37,405 bases of DNA from Actinomycetota bacterium (lineage in GTDB: Bacteria; Actinomycetota; Acidimicrobiia; IMCC26256; BP-133). The DNA lies in contig JAUZEY010000111.1 of NCBI GenBank assembly GCA_030838785.1, forward strand, positions 1 through 37,405, written 5' to 3'. The translations under genes and the position numbers were made by a program. This document shows positions 24,834-33,234 of this stretch, one piece after another (within the stretch, counting starts at the first letter, position 1; each line of letters opens with the position of its first letter). A model generated the notes under the pieces. It had not been told where the DNA came from and did no database searches. It saw nothing but the letters and a program-made list of their open reading frames with translations.

Positions 24834-25535
24834 TCAGCTGTTGCCGTTGCCGGCCACTTGGCCGACGTGGGCCTCGGGGCGGTGGTGCAGCGGCCCCCCG
24901 TCCGACAGCAGGAAGATCACGAGGTCGGCGATCTCCTCGGGGGTACGGAACCCGTCGATGCTCACGCCGGCGTCGAGGTCGACCTCCCGGAGGCGGCCCG
25001 GGCAAACGGCATTGACCCGGATCTTGCGCCGTTCGCATTCCAGCGCCGCCACCTTCGTCAGGCCGAGCACACCGTGCTTGGAGGCGGCGTAGCCGCCGAA
25101 GCCGACCGCCCCGACCACCGCCATGTCGCTGGCCATGTTGACGACGGCGCCGCCGTCGCGGACGTGGGGCAGCGTGTGCTTGAGGCCGAGGAACGTGGGC
25201 CGCAGGTTGGCGTCGATCATGGCGTCGAAGTCCGCCTCCGACGACTCCGTCAGCAGCCGGGCGGGCCCCTCGACGTCGACATTGTTGAAGAACAGGTCGA
25301 CGCCGCCCCACAGCTCGCAGGCCCGGGCGACGTAGCCGGCGACGTCCTCCGAGCGGGTGAGGTCGGCGACGAACGTCTCGACGCCGCCGAGGTCGCGGTC
25401 GAGGGCGGCGAGGGCCTCGGCGTCGGGGTCGACCACCAGCAGCGTCGTGCCGCGACTCCACAGCGCCCGAGCCACGGCGGCCCCGACCTCGCCGGCGGCG
25501 CCGGTCACGATGGCCACCTTGTCTGCGAACGGCAT
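24834..25535 (-). CDS. Short-chain dehydrogenase/reductase (classical SDR)
   Basis: 233 aa with TGAAGEVG (TGxxxGxG), NNVD and YAASK (YxxxK). The ATG at 25535 is preceded by GGAGGAG. It starts 49 nt downstream of the preceding gene on the same strand. Confidence 0.85.
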   Translation of the reverse strand: MPFADKVAIVTGAAGEVGAAVARALWSRGTTLLVVDPDAEALAALDRDLGGVETFVADLTRSEDVAGYVARACELWGGVDLFFNNVDVEGPARLLTESSEADFDAMIDANLRPTFLGLKHTLPHVRDGGAVVNMASDMAVVGAVGFGGYAASKHGVLGLTKVAALECERRKIRVNAVCPGRLREVDLDAGVSIDGFRTPEEIADLVIFLLSDGGPLHHRPEAHVGQVAGNGNS

Positions 25536-25584
25536 GGGTCTCCTCCGGGCGCTCGACTGTCGCTCGGTCGGGTCGTCAGGGCCT

Positions 25585-25965
25585 TTAGATGCGGACCTCG
25601 CGCCGCAGATTCTCGGGCGGGACAGGCAGGGCGGCGTCCTCACGCAGCGTCGCCTCCAGCAGCTGGGTCACGTACTCGATCTGCAGCCCCAGCGCCTGGA
25701 ACCGCTCCGCCATCACCTCCTGGGCGGCCTCGAGGTCGACGAGCCGGCGGCGGTTTTCGATGTCGTCCTGCGATCGCACGAGCGCGAGGCCCACGCCGGC
25801 GCAGAGGAGCGCCCCGACGCCGCCGCCCAGCACGTAGGGCAGCTGGATCGACACGAACACCTCGTCGGCGATGCTGGCGTACCCGACGCCGAGCACGACC
25901 ACCGCCGCCACCAGCAGCGTGATCCCGGCCACCAGCCGGCCCCGCTCCCGCATGAGACGCTTCAC
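25585..25965 (-). CDS. Small membrane protein: two TM helices plus a C-terminal coiled-coil-like helix (hypothetical)
   Basis: 126 aa with hydrophobic segments LVAGITLLVAAVVVLGVGYA and GGGVGALLCAGVGLALV, followed by a charged heptad-like tail. The GTG start overlaps the upstream stop (GTGA at 25962-25965) and GAGGAGG lies 6 nt upstream. Confidence 0.55.
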   Translation of the reverse strand: MKRLMRERGRLVAGITLLVAAVVVLGVGYASIADEVFVSIQLPYVLGGGVGALLCAGVGLALVRSQDDIENRRRLVDLEAAQEVMAERFQALGLQIEYVTQLLEATLREDAALPVPPENLRREVRI

Positions 25966-27482
25966 CGTTGTCCTCCTCGACGAGCGCGGCTCGGGCGGAG
26001 GAGCCCGCGGGCCGCAACGATCACGACGATCATGGCGCCGGCCAGGGCGAGGAACATCCGCTGGACCTCGTCGGCGTCGTGCAAACCCATGCCGCTGACG
26101 GCCGCCAAGGCGGCCCGCAGCGCCGGTGTCCGGGCCGAGGTGCCGGCCCGGCGCTCCACCACCAGCGGCCGTTGCGGCGGCGCCGCCGGCGAGGCGGTCG
26201 TCGCCGGCACCTCGGGCGTCACGTCCCGGGTGAAAGTGACAGGTCCGCTACCGGCCTCGGCGAGGTCTCCGGACGGGTCGGTGCTGCCGAGGGCCGCGCT
26301 GTCATCCGCCGCCGGCGCGGGCGCAACCGAGGCGAGCGGGACGGAGCCGGCCGCCTCGCTCTGGCCGTCGGCCGGAGCCGGGGGATTGAACGACAGCCCC
26401 GGGCTCTCACCGGCTCCGGCCGGGCTGGCGCAGGCGGGGTCGCAGCGCTGCCCGACGACACTCACCTCGGCGCCACCGACGGCGAAGCCGCCGCCCTGGA
26501 AGCCCTGCGGGTTCGAGGCGCCGAACTTCGGGTCCCGGTGGATCACGGCCAGCCCGCCGGTCTGGGCGGAGATCTGCTGCTTGTTGTCCGACGCGTTGGC
26601 CAGCGACGGGAGGAGCCGGACGTCGCTGAGCCCGGCCTGGGTCAGGGCGGCGCGCACCTTGTCGGCTGCCGTCGGGTCGCCCTTGTCGGCGACCACGATC
26701 CCCCGGTCGGTCACCATGACCGGGGTCTTGCCGACCATGGCGCCCTCGACCACCGTCGTCGCGACCCCCTTGGGGTCGCCGGGCAACGACGGGACGAACC
26801 CATAGGCCCGCGACGTCAGGCCGTCGATGTGGAGCGGGCCGATGGTGAGGCCATGGAGGACCGACACCGACTCCGCCTCCACCCCGTCGCTCGACGGCCG
26901 GCCGCCGGAGGTGACCACCGCCTGGTCGAGCGCGAAGTATCCCGGCACATCCATCCGCGTCACGGCGGCCTCGGCGGACCCCGCCGCCGCCTCCTCGGCC
27001 TTGGCGTGGAACCGCCCGTCGACCGTGCGGGCCTCACCGGCATTGAGCACCGCCGTCACCGGCCCGGAGAACGTCGTCTCGTGCGGATCCGTCGGGTAGT
27101 AGGCCGGCGCCTCCCCCGGCGGCGGGTCGGGCAGCGCCCCGCTGGTGCCGCCGGGACCGCCGGCCACGCCGTAGACGTAGGTGGCGCCGATGCCGCGCTG
27201 GACGAAGGCGGCGATCTCCCGGGTGTTGACCGGCGGCCCGTCGATCTCCGAGTGGGCGCCGACGAGACGGTTCACCTCGTCGCCGATGGCGAAGAAGTAG
27301 CCGGTGGCGACCTGGCCCTGGGCCGCCGTATTCAGGTGCTGGAATCCGAAGAAGCCCGAAGCGGCCGACGACCCGTCCGGCCCGCCGGCCGCCGGAGGGC
27401 CGAAGTCCTCCGCCGCCACCGGGGGCAGCACGGCGAGGAGGCCCGTGGCCACCGTCGCGGCCAGCACCAGCAGGCGTTTCAT
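25962..27482 (-). CDS. Secreted, C-terminally membrane-anchored protein of unknown function
   Basis: About 506 aa with a signal peptide (MKRLLVLAATVATGLLAVLPPVAA), a globular region with no motif I recognise, a Pro/Ala/Ser-rich linker, then a TM segment plus basic tail (MFLALAGAMIVVIVAARGLLRPSRARRGGQR). The ATG at 27482 has GGAGGTG 8 nt upstream and lies 5 nt after the livF stop. A GTG at 27491 would give a GTGA overlap instead. Confidence 0.6.
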   Translation of the reverse strand: MKRLLVLAATVATGLLAVLPPVAAEDFGPPAAGGPDGSSAASGFFGFQHLNTAAQGQVATGYFFAIGDEVNRLVGAHSEIDGPPVNTREIAAFVQRGIGATYVYGVAGGPGGTSGALPDPPPGEAPAYYPTDPHETTFSGPVTAVLNAGEARTVDGRFHAKAEEAAAGSAEAAVTRMDVPGYFALDQAVVTSGGRPSSDGVEAESVSVLHGLTIGPLHIDGLTSRAYGFVPSLPGDPKGVATTVVEGAMVGKTPVMVTDRGIVVADKGDPTAADKVRAALTQAGLSDVRLLPSLANASDNKQQISAQTGGLAVIHRDPKFGASNPQGFQGGGFAVGGAEVSVVGQRCDPACASPAGAGESPGLSFNPPAPADGQSEAAGSVPLASVAPAPAADDSAALGSTDPSGDLAEAGSGPVTFTRDVTPEVPATTASPAAPPQRPLVVERRAGTSARTPALRAALAAVSGMGLHDADEVQRMFLALAGAMIVVIVAARGLLRPSRARRGGQR

Positions 27483-27487
27483 GTCGC

Positions 27488-28228
27488 TCACCTCCGACCC
27501 GCGGCGGCCGCGGTCCCGGTTGCCGTTCCGAAATAGGCGCCGTGCAGCACGTCGACGTCCTGGCGCAGCCGGCTGGCCGGGCCGTGGTACACGACCTCGC
27601 CCCTCCGCAGCAGGTAGGCCGACCCTGCGATCTCGAGGGCGGCGGTGGCCGCCTGCTCCACCAGCAGGCAGGCCGTCCCGAGTTCCCGGTTGAAGCGGAC
27701 GATCGTGTCGAGCAACGTCTCCACCATGAGCGGCGCGAGCCCCAGCGACAGCTCGTCGATCATGACGACCTTCGGTTCCGACAGCAGCGCCCGGCCGATG
27801 ACCAGCATTTGTTGCTCACCGCCGGAGAGGCTCCCGGCGATCTGGGCCCGCCGCTCGGCCAGCCGGGGGAAGATCGAGAAGATCGGCTCGGCCCGGCGGT
27901 CGAAGTCCCGCCAGGTGCCACCCCTGGGGTACGCGCCCATGAACAGGTTCTCCTCGACACTCATGCGGGGGAAGACCTTGCGGCCCTGGGGCACGAGGGC
28001 CACCCCCCGGCGGACAACCTGCTCGGCGGCCGAGGCGAGCGGCTCCCCGTCGAGGAGCACGTCGCCGCCGCGGGGCAGCATCCCGGCCACGGCGTTGAGG
28101 GTCGTCGTCTTCCCGGCGCCGTTGGGGCCGATCATGGCCACGATCTCGCCGGTGCCGACGGTCAGGTCGATGCCCCGCAGCACGACGACCGGGCCGTAGC
28201 CGGCGGTAAGGCCGCGCACCTCAAGCAC
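27488..28228 (-). CDS. livF: Branched-chain amino acid-type ABC transporter ATP-binding protein
   Basis: It has Walker A GPNGAGKTT, the signature LSGGEQQML, Walker B VVMIDELSLGL and the LivF-typical N-terminus LEVRGLTAGYG. The GTG at 28228 is preceded by GGAAGGAG and overlaps the livG end by 8 nt. Confidence 0.9.
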   Translation of the reverse strand: MLEVRGLTAGYGPVVVLRGIDLTVGTGEIVAMIGPNGAGKTTTLNAVAGMLPRGGDVLLDGEPLASAAEQVVRRGVALVPQGRKVFPRMSVEENLFMGAYPRGGTWRDFDRRAEPIFSIFPRLAERRAQIAGSLSGGEQQMLVIGRALLSEPKVVMIDELSLGLAPLMVETLLDTIVRFNRELGTACLLVEQAATAALEIAGSAYLLRRGEVVYHGPASRLRQDVDVLHGAYFGTATGTAAAAGRR

Positions 28229-29204
28229 GGGCGGCGCTCCTTCCCAGATAGGCGTGGACCACGGTCTCGTTCCGCTGCACATCCTCCGGGGTGCCCTCGG
28301 CGATCACCTGCCCGAAGTCGAGGACGGTGATCCGCTTGCACAGGCCCATGACGAGCGCCATGTCGTGCTCGATGAGGAGGACGGCGAGGCCCATGTCGCC
28401 CAGCTCCCGCATCAGCCCGACGAACGACTGGGCCTGGTCGGCGTCGAGCCCCGAGGCGGGCTCGTCGAGCATCAGCAGCGACGGGGCGCCGCACAGCGCC
28501 CGGGCCAGCTCCACCGTCCGCAGGTCGCCGAACGGGAGGCTGCCCGCCGGGACCGACAGGTCTCCCCGGAAGCCGACGAGCGCCGCGATCCGCTCCGCCC
28601 GTTCAATCTGCGGCAGCCGGCCGAGGCGGGGGTCGAAGACGTAGCGGTGGCCGGACCAGTCGGCCGTCTCGCAGCCGAACAGCAGGTTGTCGAGGACGGA
28701 GAGACTCCTGAACAAGCGGGGGGTCTGGAATGTGCGGCCCAGCCCCCGGCGGGCCCGCACCGACGGCGCCCCGCGCAGCGGGGCGCCGTCGAAGGTGACG
28801 GTCCCGGCGTCGGGCTGGAGGAGCCCCGACAGGCAGTTGAACAGGGTGGACTTCCCGGCCCCGTTGGGGCCGATGACGCCGGTGACCTCGCCGGTGCGGA
28901 CCCGGAGCCGGACGTCGCGCAGCGCCTGGACGCCGCCGAAGTGGATCGACAGGTTCTCGACCGACAGCAGTTCCCGCCCGTCCTCCCGGCCGCCCCCATC
29001 GACCGACCAGGGTGCCAGGGACATCGGCCGGCGCCCGACGGGACCCGGGCCCGAATCGTGCCCGTTGCCGTTGGTTGTGCCGTCGGCGGGGCCCACGGCC
29101 ACGGTGTCGCCGTCGGTCAGGCGATGCCACGCCGCCATCACGTCGCGGCCACGCTGGCGACCGGCAGGCGTGATCCGGCGCCCGAGCGGACCGGCGCCGG
29201 TCAC
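28221..29204 (-). CDS. livG: Branched-chain amino acid-type ABC transporter ATP-binding protein
   Basis: It has LSVENLSIHFGGVQAL, Walker A GPNGAGKST, Walker B LLMLDEPASGL and the LivG-type C-terminus. The start is uncertain: GTG at 29204 (GTGA overlap with the livM stop, GGGGAG upstream) or ATG at 29138 or 29024. The ORF upstream of 29204 is livM read out of frame. Confidence 0.85.
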   Translation of the reverse strand: MTGAGPLGRRITPAGRQRGRDVMAAWHRLTDGDTVAVGPADGTTNGNGHDSGPGPVGRRPMSLAPWSVDGGGREDGRELLSVENLSIHFGGVQALRDVRLRVRTGEVTGVIGPNGAGKSTLFNCLSGLLQPDAGTVTFDGAPLRGAPSVRARRGLGRTFQTPRLFRSLSVLDNLLFGCETADWSGHRYVFDPRLGRLPQIERAERIAALVGFRGDLSVPAGSLPFGDLRTVELARALCGAPSLLMLDEPASGLDADQAQSFVGLMRELGDMGLAVLLIEHDMALVMGLCKRITVLDFGQVIAEGTPEDVQRNETVVHAYLGRSAARA

Positions 29205-30265
29205 GCCGGGCTCCCCTCGACCCGGCGCCAGACGCGGCGTCCGATCTCGGCCAGACCGCCCGGCGCCTTCATCATCACGACGAAGACCACGAGCCCGATC
29301 ACGAACAGGTCGTAGTTGAGGAACTCGCTCTTCGTCAGGGTCTCCAGGTACTTGGGGATGGCGCCGAAGACGGCGCCGGCGGCGAGGGCTCCGGTCACCG
29401 AGCCGAGCCCGCCGGCCACGGCGTAGCCGAAGAACAGGATGGCCTGGGCCGGCAGCAGCAGGTTGGACGGCACCTGCAGCTGCAGGTAGACGAACAGCGC
29501 GCCGGCCACGGTGGCGATGGCGCCGGACAGGCAGATGGCGAAGAACCGGTAGGCGGCCGGCGGGTGGCCCAGGGTCGAGAACGCCATCTCCGACTCCCGC
29601 AGGGCGGTGAAGCGGGCGCCGACGCGGGAACGGTTGATGGCATAGCACACCAGCGCCACGGCGATGAGGACGGCGAGTTCGAGGTAGTACATCGACTCGT
29701 CGGTGCGGACGAAGCTGGGCCGGGCCACCTGGGTGGTGCCGGTCCCGCCGAACGCGCCGTACGTCCCGAGGTACTCGAGGAAGAACGTCTTGTGGGCCAT
29801 GTAGGCGAAGGCCAGCGTGGCGATGGCGAACGACACGCCCTTGAGCCGCAGCGTGAACGCCGCCAGCAGCAGCGAGATCGGCAGCGACGACAGCGCCACG
29901 ATCGGCAAGGTGAACCCGAACGGGATGTGGTGCACCTGGCACACGTTGACGGCGACCACCCCGAAACCCATCTGGGCCACGGGCGCCAGCGAGATCTCGC
30001 CGATCCAGCCGAGCACCGAGATCGACAGCACGGCCATGGCGACGATGAGGCCGTAGTCGACGGCGAACGCCGGCCCGGCCCAGTGCATGGTGAACGGCAG
30101 CGTGGCCAGCAGCGCAGCCAGGACCACTCCGCCGACCAGCCGCGAGAGTCGGGCCCGCCGGGTCAGGGCCGGGGTCGTCGCCGACGAGGCGACGGACGAC
30201 GCAGCCGTGCGGATAGCGCCCTGCACCGCCCGTTCGACGTCGGTCGTGACGTCGGTGATGCTCAT
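29201..30265 (-). CDS. livM: Branched-chain amino acid-type ABC transporter permease
   Basis: 354 aa, polytopic, with LivM-like segments. The ATG overlaps the livH stop (ATGA at 30262-30265). Confidence 0.87.
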   Translation of the reverse strand: MSITDVTTDVERAVQGAIRTAASSVASSATTPALTRRARLSRLVGGVVLAALLATLPFTMHWAGPAFAVDYGLIVAMAVLSISVLGWIGEISLAPVAQMGFGVVAVNVCQVHHIPFGFTLPIVALSSLPISLLLAAFTLRLKGVSFAIATLAFAYMAHKTFFLEYLGTYGAFGGTGTTQVARPSFVRTDESMYYLELAVLIAVALVCYAINRSRVGARFTALRESEMAFSTLGHPPAAYRFFAICLSGAIATVAGALFVYLQLQVPSNLLLPAQAILFFGYAVAGGLGSVTGALAAGAVFGAIPKYLETLTKSEFLNYDLFVIGLVVFVVMMKAPGGLAEIGRRVWRRVEGSPA

Positions 30266-31161
30266 GCCGCCGCCAACGCCTGCTCGTCGAGCGCCTTCGT
30301 CGGGCGGATGAGCCGGATGACGAGGACGGCGACCATCAGGATGAACGGCCAGGCGCTCGGCAGCCCCCGGATGTCAGCGGCATAGATCTGCGTGAACGCC
30401 TCGAGGAGGGCGAGGACGGTAGCGCCGAGGACGGTGAGGGGCAGCGACACGAGCCCCCCGACGAAGGTCACGGCCAGCGCCTTCAGGGTGAAGGCGACGA
30501 TCGACGTGTTCTCCAGCAGGTTGATCGGCGCGATCAGCATCACCGACAAACCGGCGATCCCGAAGGCCATCGCCCACACCACCGGCGCCACCAACTCCTC
30601 CCGCACGCCCATCAGCCGCGACGCCGCCGGGTCATCGGATACCGCCCGCATGGCCATCCCGAGGCGGGTGCGGCGCAGGAGGAACTGGAGCCCGAGGAAC
30701 AGCAGGACGACCGTTCCCACCAGCACGATCTGGTCGTAGGACACCGCGAAGTCAGCGCCCGGAATGCTCACCACCCGGCCGGTAAAGGGCGAGGGAAAGA
30801 CCTGGGCCGAGTTGTTGCTCCACCACGGCACCACGAAAACCACGCCTTGGGCGAGGAGGAACAGTCCGAGCGTCGCCACCGTCCTGCTCCCGGCGTTGGG
30901 CAGGCGCCGCACCACGAACCGCTCGAAGGCCAAGCCGACCAGCACGGCGAACGACACGCCGACCAGGAGCCCGGCATAGTACGGCCAGTGCCGCAACTGG
31001 ACGAGGTCCCAGGCCACGAACCCCGCCATCACGCCGATCCCGCCGTGGGCGATGTTGAGGACCCCGGTGGTGCGGTAGACGAGCACCATCCCGAGTGCCA
31101 GCAACGAGTACAGCGACCCCGTGACGGTACCGATGATGACGGTCTGCAGCAGCTTGCTCAT
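30262..31161 (-). CDS. livH: Branched-chain amino acid-type ABC transporter permease
   Basis: 299 aa with a typical LivH N-terminus (LLQTVIIGTVTGSLYSLLALGMVLVYRTTGVLNIAHGG). The ATG overlaps the binding-protein stop (ATGA at 31158-31161). Confidence 0.9.
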   Translation of the reverse strand: MSKLLQTVIIGTVTGSLYSLLALGMVLVYRTTGVLNIAHGGIGVMAGFVAWDLVQLRHWPYYAGLLVGVSFAVLVGLAFERFVVRRLPNAGSRTVATLGLFLLAQGVVFVVPWWSNNSAQVFPSPFTGRVVSIPGADFAVSYDQIVLVGTVVLLFLGLQFLLRRTRLGMAMRAVSDDPAASRLMGVREELVAPVVWAMAFGIAGLSVMLIAPINLLENTSIVAFTLKALAVTFVGGLVSLPLTVLGATVLALLEAFTQIYAADIRGLPSAWPFILMVAVLVIRLIRPTKALDEQALAAA

Positions 31162-32732
31162 TTGTCGAAGGTGGCGTCGCGGTCGTCGTAGCCAATCGAC
31201 TTCCAGGCGAGCTTGTCGCCCTCCCGCATCAGCTGGACCAGGTGCGTGGCGGTGTTGGCGTGATGCTGGCCGGGCCGGAAGCTGACCTTTGTGCCGAGGC
31301 CGAGGTCGTAGTCGGTCGTCGAGTCGAGCGCGTCCTTCAGCCGCTGGCGGGTCACGTTGAGGCCGAGCTTCTTCAGCGTGTCGGCGAACAGGTTGGCGCC
31401 GACGAAGCTGGTGACCGTCCAGGCCGTGTGGTCGATCTTCGGGTAGTACTTGGTCACGACCTCCCGGTAACGGCGCAACCCCGGAGTGTCCTGGTCATGG
31501 GGTGTCCAGTGGCTCGACGAGATGAGCCCCTCACCGGCCGGCCCGGTCAGCTCCGGCGTGACGTTGAAGTAGTAGAAAGTGGAGCCGGCGAACCCCTTCG
31601 GCGGTTTGTAGCCCTGGCCGGCCGCCTCCCGCATCAGCCGGGCGACGATGCCGCTGTCGGCGTAGATGGCGATCGTGTCGACGTTGGCCGCCCGCGCCCG
31701 GGCCAGCAGCGTGGTCGTGCCGGGGTCGTCGAAGCTGGCCGCCTGGACGACCTCAAGCTTGCCGCCCATCTTCTCCAGCACTTCCTTGTACCCGTCCCGG
31801 AACGACTGCCCGGTGGGGCTGTTGAGGTGGAGCAGGGCCGCTTTCTTCACGCCCTGCTTCTCCACCTGCCATTTGGCCAGCACCCGGGCCTCGGACATGG
31901 CCGGAACGCCGAGCGGCCACGACCACTGCCCCCCATACTGGACAAGACCCCAGCCGTCAGGACCGACGTTGGGCACCTTCTGCTGGTCGGCGTACGCCGT
32001 CAGCGGGTCCGTGGTGCTCACCGACTGGGTGCAACAGATGGCGAACACCTTCTCCCGCTCGACGAGGTCCCGGGCGGCGTTGATGCCCTTGGTGCCGTCC
32101 CAGCCGTCGTCGCGGACGAGCACGTCGAGCTTGCGCCCGTTGACGCCGCCGGAGTCGTTGATCGATTGCAGCGTGGCCCGGGCGGCCAACGACAGGTTCT
32201 GGCCGACGTAGCCGACCGGCCCCGAGTAGATGCCGATGTGGCCGACCTTGATCGACGTGGCGGTGACGCCGACGTCGGTGTTGCCGTTGGCCTGGGCCGG
32301 TGCGGCGCCGGGCGCCGGAGATGCCGCGGAGGCGGCCGAGGAAGCCGCCGCGCCCGGTCGGGCGGCGGGCGCCTGGCCCCCGCCGCCAGACACGGGCGCG
32401 CCGCCCGGCGTCGCCGAGGACGCCGAACGGGAGCCACCCGACGCCGAAGCCCTGCCGCCAGCCGCCGGCGTGCCAAACGACGGCGCCGCACCGGCGGCCG
32501 GGCTGGCACCAACGGAGCCGGGCCCGCCGACGCTGGGAGCTCCGGACGGCACCACGCCCGAGTCGGACGGCACGGCGGCCCCCGTCTGATCGGGGGCCGC
32601 CGAGCCCCCCGTTCCGGCGCCGCCGACGCCGTTCAGTCGGAGCAGCGCATCCCGCTGGGCCGAGCTTCCGTTGCAGGCCGCGCTCACCAGCAGCAGGACA
32701 GCGAACACGACGAGGCCGCGCCAGGATCTCAT
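31158..32732 (-). CDS. LivK/LivJ-like type-I periplasmic substrate-binding (lipo)protein with a long low-complexity tether
   Basis: 524 aa with a signal peptide ending in VSAAC (lipobox-like). About 130 aa of Ala/Gly/Ser/Pro-rich linker follow, then a Peripla_BP_6-like body (IKVGHIGIYSGPVGYVGQ...). GGGGGAGG lies directly upstream of the ATG. Confidence 0.85.
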   Translation of the reverse strand: MRSWRGLVVFAVLLLVSAACNGSSAQRDALLRLNGVGGAGTGGSAAPDQTGAAVPSDSGVVPSGAPSVGGPGSVGASPAAGAAPSFGTPAAGGRASASGGSRSASSATPGGAPVSGGGGQAPAARPGAAASSAASAASPAPGAAPAQANGNTDVGVTATSIKVGHIGIYSGPVGYVGQNLSLAARATLQSINDSGGVNGRKLDVLVRDDGWDGTKGINAARDLVEREKVFAICCTQSVSTTDPLTAYADQQKVPNVGPDGWGLVQYGGQWSWPLGVPAMSEARVLAKWQVEKQGVKKAALLHLNSPTGQSFRDGYKEVLEKMGGKLEVVQAASFDDPGTTTLLARARAANVDTIAIYADSGIVARLMREAAGQGYKPPKGFAGSTFYYFNVTPELTGPAGEGLISSSHWTPHDQDTPGLRRYREVVTKYYPKIDHTAWTVTSFVGANLFADTLKKLGLNVTRQRLKDALDSTTDYDLGLGTKVSFRPGQHHANTATHLVQLMREGDKLAWKSIGYDDRDATFDK

Positions 32733-32952
32733 GCCTCCCCCTCAGAACTTCGATCCCGACGCCCGCCACGAGGGCGCCGGTCCGTTGGCGGAAGTGTGAG
32801 TCCACCCCGGGAAACCGTCGATGTCCGACCTGGACAAAAAGGGCAGCGCGACCGTTGTGGCCCTGGACCACCTCCCGCACCCGGGGCGTCCCAGCCCTAG
32901 CCGCTGAACGGATAGGGACGCTAAGAACTGTTTGAGCGGCCGGGATGAAGCT

Positions 32953-32994
32953 CCGGGACCACATCGGGACCACGAGAGGGCCACGAGCGGTACC
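32953..32994 (+). repeat. Copy B of the intergenic repeated element (core CCGGGACCACATNGGGACCACRAGA)
   Basis: 23/25 identity with 11145-11169 in the same orientation, followed by a third degenerate unit GGGCCACGAG. It lies about 220 nt upstream of the livK-like start, in a lower-GC spacer. Confidence 0.6.
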
Positions 32995-33030
32995 GCACGC
33001 CCACAAATGACAACGATGTCTTTTCGCTGC

Positions 33031-33234
33031 TCAGCGGCGAATCGGCCCGTCGTCGCAGGTCAGCGAGGAGTGTCGGCCGACTTCTTCCGGATCGAAGACC
33101 GCCCCGTTGCCGAGCACCTTCATTCCCGTCCGGGTGCGCATCCCGTCGACGGCGTACGACCGGAAGTTGCGAGCCAACACGTCGTCCAGGCTGGCCAGGT
33201 CTGCGGCGTTCACGGCGTCGAACAGGGTTCGCAC
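33031..33234 (-). pseudogene. Possible SnoaL/NTF2-like N-terminal fragment
   Basis: This 67-aa ORF begins TLFDAVNAADLASLDDVLARNF, the typical opening helix of SnoaL-like proteins, then loses similarity and stops. It overlaps the end of the SDR gene by 25 nt. Confidence 0.3.

Noticed and set aside
28221-29942. A 573-aa ORF suggesting a giant LivG fusion.
   Set aside because: The portion upstream of about 29204 is livM read out of frame (Arg/Pro-rich). ABC ATPase motifs begin only after about 29000. In-frame starts at 29204 or 29138 fit the operon spacing.
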